A stretch of 61,414 nucleotides of DNA, filler included, from Pirum gemmata (lineage: Eukaryota), in the NCBI GenBank assembly GCA_002812295.1. It is 19 parts of 19 records of this genome, joined end to end, with 100 filler letters (N's around TTAATTAATTAA, not from the genome) between each part and the next. Parts side by side here need not be neighbours in the genome. Positions count along the whole stretch, not along the records: positions 51,196 to 54,158 come from PDIN01003944.1; positions 54,259 to 57,211 come from PDIN01003945.1; positions 57,312 to 61,414 come from PDIN01003946.1; 16 more parts are not named here. One strand, written 5' to 3'. Below the pieces are notes generated by a model. It saw nothing but the letters and a program-made list of their open reading frames with translations, did no database searches and was not told where the DNA came from. Below, piece after piece: positions 52,641 to 61,414 of this stretch (position 1 is the stretch's first letter; every line of letters begins with the position of its first letter). The position numbers and the translations under genes are program-made.

Positions 52641-53226
52641 TTCCCCCTTCAACCTCTAACCTAATAACTAACCCTGACCTTAATCCGTTCATCACTATTA
52701 CACCAAGACCCAGGCAGTCGAATCAACCACATTTGACAAATTCGACCTTCAATACAAAATTTTATTGTATCATATTATGATAGAAGTTTAGAAAATTTAA
52801 TACCGTAGTAGAAATTAATTTATTTATAAATTAGGTAAAAGTTTATAAATGTGTCCATAAAAAGTAAAAACGTTTAAATTTAGTAAAAGTGACGCCACAA
52901 GAAAATGTGAAAGAAACAAAAAAATTAATATCATAATACACATAAAACTGAAAAATCTCAAACAAAATAACAAACTAACAAACTAACAAACTAACAAAAT
53001 TACAAAATAACAAAATAACAAAATAACAAAATAACAAAAGAACAAAATAAAAAAATAACAAAATAACAAAATAACAAAATTACAAAATAACAAAATAACA
53101 AAATAACAAAACAACAAAATAACAAAATAACAAAAATAACAAAATAACAAAATAACAAAATAACAAAATAACAAAATAACAAAATAACAAAAAAATTGTT
53201 TCTTTGACACTACTAATTAATATTTT

Positions 53227-53264
<38 letters not shown>

Positions 53265-53385
53265 AAGCAACAACAACAACAACAACAACAATAACAAAAG
53301 CAACAACAACAACAACAACAATTGCAACAACAGCAATAATAATAATAATAATTACAACAAAGAACATGACATTGTGTACATNTTT

Positions 53386-53423
<38 letters not shown>

Positions 53424-55863
53424 AAGCAACAACAACAACAACAACAACAATAACAAAAGCAACAACAACAACAACAACAATTGCAACAACAGCAATAATA
53501 ATAATAATAATTACAACAAAGAACATGACATTGTGTACATGTACAACAACAACAACAACTTAATTATACTCACCTTAACAACAACAACAAACAACAACAA
53601 CAAACAACAACAACAAACAACAACAACGATCACAACATATATACTCACCTTGATCTAACAACAGCAAACAACAACAAACAACAACACACAACAACAAAAA
53701 ACAACAAACAACAACAAACAACAACAAACGACAAACAACAACAAACAACAACAAACAACAACAAACAACAACAAACAACAACAAACAACAAACAACAANN
53801 NNNNNNNNNNNNNNNNNNNNNNNNAAACAACAAACAACAAACAACAAACAACAAACAACAAACAACAAACAACAAACAACAAACAACAAACAACAAACAA
53901 CAAACAACAAACAACAAACAACAAACAACAAAAAACAACAACAACAAACAACAACAAACAACAACAACAACAACAAAAAAAACACTAGCCTAAGTATATG
54001 ATTTTAATTAAAAATAAGATAATAATATAATAATAATAATAAATTAATTCTCATTGCATCATTTTTGACTACCCTGAATGGACCCGAGGATCTCTACCTA
54101 TCATTTTTTATATAATATTTATTTATTTATATATTTTTTAATATTAAATTTTATTTATNNNNNNNNNNNNNNNNNNNNNNNNNNNNNNNNNNNNNNNNNN
54201 NNTTAATTAATTAANNNNNNNNNNNNNNNNNNNNNNNNNNNNNNNNNNNNNNNNNNNNACCCTAAAACCCTAACCCTAACCCTAACCCTAACCCACTAAG
54301 CTAAAAACAAAAAACCCCCCCACCCAAAAAACAACCAACAAGACAAACTTTGGGGAGTCTTTGGGTGCCTTGGCATACCTTTCCTTTGGTTAGTCAATGA
54401 TAGGCCTTCTATGATATTGTTTACATACAGTATACATACATATCATGTTTTTCAATAGTGTTTGTTGTTGTGAAATAAGCTTACCAAATTGTAATTAATT
54501 GGTCATGTTTTAATTAATTAGATGTTTTATATAGTAATTTTATATTTATAAAAAAGTTCAATTATTAAAGATAGAAAGGATAACTGTAATGAAATAAACG
54601 ATATATAGTAATTATTAGTATAATAAACAATTTAAATTGCTTTCTTTATAATATTCTTGTATTCATTTGGAAATTGGCGATAAATCTCACAATGTCTTGC
54701 AGGCAAATTATGAAATGTATATATATAATTGATATGGCCTTACAAACCATTCATCCACTAACAAATATATTAATTGATATGACCTTACAAACCATTCATC
54801 CACTAACAAATATATTATACAATTACATCAAATTATATTAGTATAATATCATACATCATAATTATAATATGCATATGATGTTTAGCACATTATTACATAT
54901 ATGATATTATATTAATATCGCTTATATAACATGGAAAATGTACAAACTCATAAGTAAGTGTTGTACTGAAGTCTGTATTACATCTAGTTACAATAACAAT
55001 AACAACAAATTTAAACAGCAATAAAATTAATATTATTAGCTTCGAAGTTCGAATAAGCAATTTAGAGAGTTTTAAGTATGGATAGATTATTTCGAATTTT
55101 CGGGTTAGAAAGGCTCAATCACAAAAGAAAAGTATTATTTACAGTATTATATAGTGCTTTTCAGTTATACCGGTACCGTATCAAGGCCACGGCTAACCCT
55201 AAAGTGGAAAGGCCGGAAACTTGGCCGAAAGGAGTCCGAAAGGCAGGTCCGAAAGGGTTCTTGTTTTTTGGAGATTTCTATCGATAGACATGATGCAAAC
55301 AATGATCGAAAATTTAAAACCTATTAAATACCTATTACATTACTTATATTCGAAAATTGAAAATTCTAGTAAACCCAAAAAGTCGGACGTTTTTTTTTTT
55401 TTATGTAAAATCGTCATTGTAATAGTTATTGTAATATTGTTTTTATTGTCCCTTCATTTATTTATTTGGTACTTTTAAAAGCATAATAATAAATACAAAA
55501 AAGTACCAAAAAAAATAAAAGATACCAATCAAACAATAATTAGGCTATTTTTAATATACTAGTACCAGTAGCTACTGGTAGGCTAGCTACTAGCTAGATA
55601 CGTAATTTTTGGTCTTCAGATAATAATAATGTTTTTTTGAAAGAGTATTTAAAAACCAATGTTTTTACAAAAAAACAGCAGCAATAAGTCTCAAAATTTC
55701 AAACTCAATTTTATTTTTATTTTCATCACATACTCCTCCGCACTCCCTGATACTCCTCCAACACCCTAAACAAAATAAATTTAAAGTAAACCTAGCAAAT
55801 TCATTAATATAAAAATAGAAAAACACCAAATTAAATAACAAAATTTACTTTTACAAATCAAAA

Positions 55864-56031
55864 ATGCCAAACGCCAAAACCCAGCAACGCATTGATAAAG
55901 CTAAACAACGACAAGCTATTCGAAACAAATATGAATTGAAAAAGGAAGAGCCTCCAAAATCTACCTCTCAAAAATTCATTGATGCTTTAACATTTAAACC
56001 AAAACCAAGCCCAAGTGGTGCAAAGAAATGA
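55864..56031 (+). CDS. 55-aa small ORF with a complexin-like central helix
   Basis: A-rich start context TCAAAAATG. Sequence MPNAKTQQRIDKAKQRQAIRNKYELKKEEPPKSTSQKFIDALTFKPKPSPSGAKK*. Below the ORF-track length cutoff. Confidence 0.55.
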   Translation: MPNAKTQQRIDKAKQRQAIRNKYELKKEEPPKSTSQKFIDALTFKPKPSPSGAKK

Positions 56032-58777
56032 CAGCGCTATTAGGTTCACAAACGAAGTAGCATAATCAACAAAACGACGAATACAGAAACGAAAACAACA
56101 GTGGCAGCAAATGAAACACGCAACACCAAATAAAGTTGATACATAACCTATTTTTTTTACCTAACCCTAACCCTAACCCTAAGGATGCAGATGTACCACA
56201 ACGACAACAACAAAAGCAATAATGTTTACAACTTCAACTTTAACCTATTTAAAAACTTTTTGAACTATGATAATGGTACAACAAAATACAAGCATTCAAT
56301 AAAAATTTTTAAGAGTAATTATACTCTTTTATAAGTATATACTAATTATGATATTAATTATCAAAGAAGTAAAGTTGAATAAAGATGGTTTGGCTTTGTT
56401 TTGCATACTAATAATTATGACGGTGGATAGGTAAATACAAATTTCCAATACAATATTATGATTGCTGGTTAATTCTGGGTGATATTTTAATAAAAATGCT
56501 GCTGAATGTCAGTTCTCAAATCGAGTGTACGTAGCGTTCTTATTTATTTCACCTCATTATTATAAATATATTTATAGTATATATTATACACATCTATCTA
56601 TACCACAAAAGCTATTAATTAACTTGAAGCAAGTAATAAAAGTAAGTTTTTTTGTTTGTTTGTTGTAGTAGTAGTTTTATTTATGATATTGTATTTATAA
56701 CAATCTATACTACTACTTTTACAGCTATATCGATGAGTATAATGATTAAATAAATAAATAAATAAATAAATGATAGTTATATAACTTTTATATTAGTTGT
56801 CTATGCTGAAAGTCTACTATTATCTGATAGTACTCTACTAGACTATAACACAATAATATATCTATTGAGATTTTTATCACATATTTATTTTTAACAGGTC
56901 GATAAATTCGAGAAATTTATTCCTAAATTTATTCTCGAAAAAAGAAAAAAAGAAAAAAAAATAATTAAAAAACATGTTTGTTTCGATATAATATCGAGCC
57001 TAGGCATGTTTAGACTTACGGTATTATGAACCGGCTCGGCTCGTTTACCATAAAATATAAACTTTTTTAAATTAATCGAAAAAATAGAGACGAGCCAAAA
57101 TTTTTTTTATGCTGTTCGATAATTCGATCTCTTGTCCCACCAACCAACCACCCCCCAAAAAAACACCCAACTTTTTTGGCACTGTATAATAAGAATAATA
57201 ATAATAATAATNNNNNNNNNNNNNNNNNNNNNNNNNNNNNNNNNNNNNNNNNNNNTTAATTAATTAANNNNNNNNNNNNNNNNNNNNNNNNNNNNNNNNN
57301 NNNNNNNNNNNACTTCTGTTATTTATAAAAATTTAATGTGAAAAGTTACCTAGACTCTATATGATAATAAAATAATTTATTTAATTAATAATAATAATTA
57401 TTTAAAAAATATAGGTACACGTTGAACAAGGAGTTTACGACTATTATTAGTCGACCAAGTTTTCCTTTTTCTATGCGTAGCCAGAGAAAAAGAGAAAAAG
57501 GAGGAGCAGTAGGATACAGTTATAGTTAATTATACCGATGGTTAGTTTGTTGACTTGTTTTATATCAGGATATATTAATATAATTATAATACTTTTGTAG
57601 AGTAATTGGGGAATGTTGTATCGATATTTATTATTAATATAGGATATTATTAATACCCTAACTCTAACCCTAACCCTAACTCTAACCCTAACCCTAATAA
57701 CTCCCTAATGATATTGTCATGTATTTGAAAAATGTATTTGGCCTTTATACATTTTATATTAAATTTTGAACTCAAAATGGACCCTTTGGGTAATCATACT
57801 TGATTATTTTATACTATTATTATTATTATTACGATATTAATATTATTATTATTGTTTATTGTTTATTTGTTATTTATTAATTAAATATTATTCTATATTA
57901 TTATTAAAAAAAGAGTGTTATGATATTTATTATTATTACACAATATTATATGGAACCAGATGTGGCTCTTTCAACCCTTTGGGTATTCATAATTTTGTAC
58001 TATTATTATTAATAATATTATTACGATATTTTAATATTATTATTATTGTTTATTGGTTATTTGTTATTTATTTTTCTATTATTTTGTTTTTGTTATTGTA
58101 TAATACCCTTCCCCCCAACTCACAATTTATTATTCTATTATCCTTTCCCCCACCTCAACACAACACTACTTCCACCCCATACAACACCCTACGAGACTAG
58201 TATCTCTAGTTCTGCTTTGTTTTAAAAATCGAGCTTTCGAGCCTATGCATTAATTAAATAAGTTCGAAAATTTTAGGCTAACAGTTAAGTATTCAAATAT
58301 ATTTATTTATTTATAAACCCGAAAAAATAGAAAAATAATTTTCGAATAGGGCTGAATGGTTTTTTTTTTTCGACAGCAGAAATTCGAGTTTTCGGGCTCG
58401 AGCAGAATTGGGAGAGGCTTAGGGNNNNNNNNTATTATAATTATTATAGTTAATAATAATAATTGTTACTGTTACTGTTATTATTAATAATAATATTTTG
58501 TTATTGTTGTTTTAATTAATATTGTTAATAACTTTATTGTTATTGTTATTGTTATGATTTTGTTATTGATATTGTTATTGTTATCTTGCTATTGAACTTC
58601 AACATCTGCAAATGCATTAATTATTTAATTATTAATTTTAGTCAATTTTAATGTCAAAAATTAACTCACACACATAATATAATTATTACACTAATAATTA
58701 TTAATAACTAATTATGATTTTTCAAATTCTAATAATAATAATAATAATAAATAACAATATAATTTATTTGTAAATAG

Positions 58778-60415
58778 ACTTTTACTGGGTTGGATAAAGT
58801 GAAAATAATAAATTTGAGTGGTAACAAAATTGGGTCGTTTCATTCTACTTGGAAACCTGCACCAGATAGTAATATATTTGACCTTATGCCTAATCTTGAA
58901 GAAATTCATGTACGCAGAAACAAGTTATCTGCATTAACTTTTGGTGACTGGGATTTTTCAGGCTTCCCCAATCTTAGGGTTGTCGATTTCAGTGAGAATC
59001 TTATAAATACTATTTACCCTTTGAAGAGCCAATCTCTGGAGATTATTAAATTAAGACAAAACAATATCTATTATGTTGATGAAGATGCGTTTAGGAATGT
59101 AACCAATTTGACGCACGTCATTTTGTCCGATAATAGATTAAGGATGTTGCCTTTGAATGTATTCGTTGATTTAGTCAGACTTGATCAACTAGAGATAAGC
59201 AATAACATGTTCCCAAAAGAAATGCCCATGGGTTTAGCCTCCATTTTCAATAGAAATCCCTTAACTTTTCGTTTTGTTTACATTACGAACGGGTATGGTG
59301 GTTATGATAATGAACCTGTTTCCCAGGTTCCAGATTTTTTCCAAAACTATTTAAATTACCTTAACAATCAGGCAGCTGCAAATGTTACTATTGATGTTAG
59401 TTTAAAGATGGAATTTGAGCAATGCTGTATTAATTCTGTTAACAGAGTGATCGATACTATCAGAGACCCACAAAATACTTGGATAAGTAGTAGCTCTTAT
59501 ATTTCTTGTTATTCTTACGAAGTCGTTAGCGATAACGAATACGAAATATATGTAAATCCAGGTATGCCTAACCCTAATATTTTCAACAAAACCATTTGTG
59601 TTGATGTAGTGGCTGCTTGTGAAAATACTTCTAATTTCCATCGTTACATTACAGAAGTGGGGGAATGTGTGGACTTGAAGGAAGATTGTTTGACCTTTTA
59701 TGATTTTGGCTTTTATAATGAGACTGAAAACAATGGCCGAGGGGTTTGTCATGACTTAGAAGCGGATTGTCTTAGTGAAGGGCCTTTGTTTTATTTTGTG
59801 GGGAATGAAACAAACGTAGCCTTATCTATATGTGAATTTAATACCACTCTTGCAATTAGTAATTGTGAATCTCAAACAACCGAAACGAATGAATACGTTT
59901 ATAATGAAGCTACTAGAGATTGTGTTTTACAAGGTAATAATGAGGACTTAGCAAAACAATTGGAAGAAGCCAATGAAGATAGTGAAAAAATTAGAAATAT
60001 CGCTATTATATGTTCCTGTGTAGCGTTTGTTATAATCGTAGTGTGTGCTGGGGTGGGTGTTTGGTATTACAAAAAGAGAGTTAAACAAAAAGATTTATTA
60101 GATGGTTTGACTCCCGAGGATTTTGTGAACAAAAATTTTGGAGTTTCCTCAGACATGAAGCTTGTTAGTGATGATCAATACCATGCCATTGAACCGCGTA
60201 ATTCTATACATACGCAACGGGAAAGTGTGGATACTGAGGGTTACTACGCTCCTGGATTAAACACAGACCATGATAATAATAATAATTATGATCAGGATAA
60301 TTTAAAGTCGGAGTTAGGGAACGAAGAATACTATCAACCTTATGTCAATTCTGAGGAATATACAAGTCCTGATAACAATGATATTGATGGTGAATATGTA
60401 GTTCCAGAAAATTAA
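58778..60415 (+). CDS. Leucine-rich-repeat type I membrane receptor-like protein, terminal exon
   Basis: Acceptor TAG at 58775-58777. About 6 LxxLxLxxNxL repeats, a Cys-rich juxtamembrane region, TM IAIICSCVAFVIIVVCAGVGVWYY-KKR and an acidic Tyr-rich tail. Confidence 0.9.
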   Translation, partial: TFTGLDKVKIINLSGNKIGSFHSTWKPAPDSNIFDLMPNLEEIHVRRNKLSALTFGDWDFSGFPNLRVVDFSENLINTIYPLKSQSLEIIKLRQNNIYYVDEDAFRNVTNLTHVILSDNRLRMLPLNVFVDLVRLDQLEISNNMFPKEMPMGLASIFNRNPLTFRFVYITNGYGGYDNEPVSQVPDFFQNYLNYLNNQAAANVTIDVSLKMEFEQCCINSVNRVIDTIRDPQNTWISSSSYISCYSYEVVSDNEYEIYVNPGMPNPNIFNKTICVDVVAACENTSNFHRYITEVGECVDLKEDCLTFYDFGFYNETENNGRGVCHDLEADCLSEGPLFYFVGNETNVALSICEFNTTLAISNCESQTTETNEYVYNEATRDCVLQGNNEDLAKQLEEANEDSEKIRNIAIICSCVAFVIIVVCAGVGVWYYKKRVKQKDLLDGLTPEDFVNKNFGVSSDMKLVSDDQYHAIEPRNSIHTQRESVDTEGYYAPGLNTDHDNNNNYDQDNLKSELGNEEYYQPYVNSEEYTSPDNNDIDGEYVVPEN

Positions 60416-60780
60416 AAATCAAACAAAAAAATTAAATAAAACAATATTATTAAATGTTATGTTAACGTTATTGTGATTGTCAATATTATCGAAAATGTTG
60501 ATAATGATTTTTAGCAGAGGCGAGTCGAAATTCGAATCTGATTGGTTTAGATGTACAGGTCTATTTATTATCATATTTCGATTTGTTATTATTATGATTA
60601 TTGTTATAATACGTATCGTATTTTGATTTATTACTCATGTCATCATTTCTATTAGAAATCACATCAATGCCATTGTAATAATAAATTATACTATTTTTTT
60701 GGACAAGGTAATCTCTATGATATGTTGTTACTTGTTTACAAACAGTTTTTTTTTATAGAATATGCTTATAAATATTATTA

Positions 60781-61320
60781 TTATGGTTGAGGTTGAGGTG
60801 CTTCTGTTTTTGGTTCTGCTACTGGTGGCGGTGCGACTTCTGCGACAGGAGGTGGTGAATTAGTTTCCGGTGGGGGATTGGTTACCGGTGGTGGATTGGC
60901 TACGGGTGGTGGATTAGTTACTGGTGGTGGATTAGTTACTGGTGGTGGATTAGTTACTGGTGGTGGATTAGTTACTGGTGGTGGATTAGTTACTGGTGGT
61001 GGGTTAGTTACCGGTGGTGTGACCGGAGGATTTGTTACCGGTGGTGTGACCGGAGGGGTTGTATCGGTAATCGGAGGTTCTGTTACAGGTGGTTCAGGAT
61101 CAGTAGCCCCAGAGTTCGACGAATCTTCTATAAAAATACCATTCGGATCTGTTGTGTCTCTACAATAACCATTGGCATCTGCATTGCACAACTTTTGACA
61201 TTCATCCATGGTGACGAAGCGGTAACCACGACTTATGTGAGTAAAGTATGTGTGTAATTTTGAAATAGTGCCATCCTGATAGCGTTCATCGTGTAGTAGA
61301 ACAATAATAGATTTTCCCGC
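60781..61320 (-). CDS. Terminal exon of a CE4/NodB polysaccharide (chitin) deacetylase with a (PPVTN)n tail
   Basis: Acceptor CAG at 61323-61321. The frame upstream of the tracked ATG reads AGKSIIVLLHDERY...SRGYRFVTMDEC, which is NodB motif 5 (IxLxHD) plus the GYxFVTxxEC end. Confidence 0.8.
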   Translation of the reverse strand, partial: AGKSIIVLLHDERYQDGTISKLHTYFTHISRGYRFVTMDECQKLCNADANGYCRDTTDPNGIFIEDSSNSGATDPEPPVTEPPITDTTPPVTPPVTNPPVTPPVTNPPPVTNPPPVTNPPPVTNPPPVTNPPPVTNPPPVANPPPVTNPPPETNSPPPVAEVAPPPVAEPKTEAPQPQP

Positions 61321-61414
61321 CTGAATTCTTGACTAAAATGTTTTTTATAAAAAGTAATATAGAAAAAATTAATAATTAATAATAATCAATAATAAAATAA
61401 TAATAACAATAATA

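Noticed and set aside
53222..53540. 160-bp tandem duplication (also 11328/13369 and 14389/14887 scaffold-edge duplicates)
   Set aside because: The copies abut Ns or scaffold edges and are near-identical, so they are likely assembly overlaps.

Overview
This is AT-rich, microsatellite-dense eukaryotic DNA, and it is not a real contiguous locus. It consists of 19 short, mostly ~3 kb scaffolds joined by 18 identical artificial spacers (N44-TTAATTAATTAA-N44), so adjacency across spacers has no biological meaning and many genes are cut. TTAGGG-type repeats, GT-AG introns, cell-wall deacetylases and pTyr-like receptor tails suggest a walled unicellular opisthokont such as an ichthyosporean (inference only). 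Recognisable coding content: the last exon of NOT1/CNOT1; an Agd3-like (CE18) deacetylase; an AceTr (GPR1/FUN34/SatP) transporter; a GH3 glycosidase exon; a MARVEL protein; a claudin/PMP22-like tetraspan; an LRR type-I membrane protein with a tyrosine-motif tail; the last exon of a CE4/NodB deacetylase; two uncharacterised secreted or membrane proteins; a partial two-exon gene; and a 55-codon ORF with a complexin-like helix. Several of these are missed or mis-framed by the ORF track. Non-coding DNA contains at least six MITE-like families (one with ~18 copies, several carrying TGACGTCA in their TIRs, one interrupting a reading frame), degraded pseudogenes and interstitial telomere-like tracts. 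I cannot support a multi-gene novel system here. The best single-locus leads are the complexin-like microprotein and the kinase-less LRR receptor. All family assignments are from motif recognition, not database searches.
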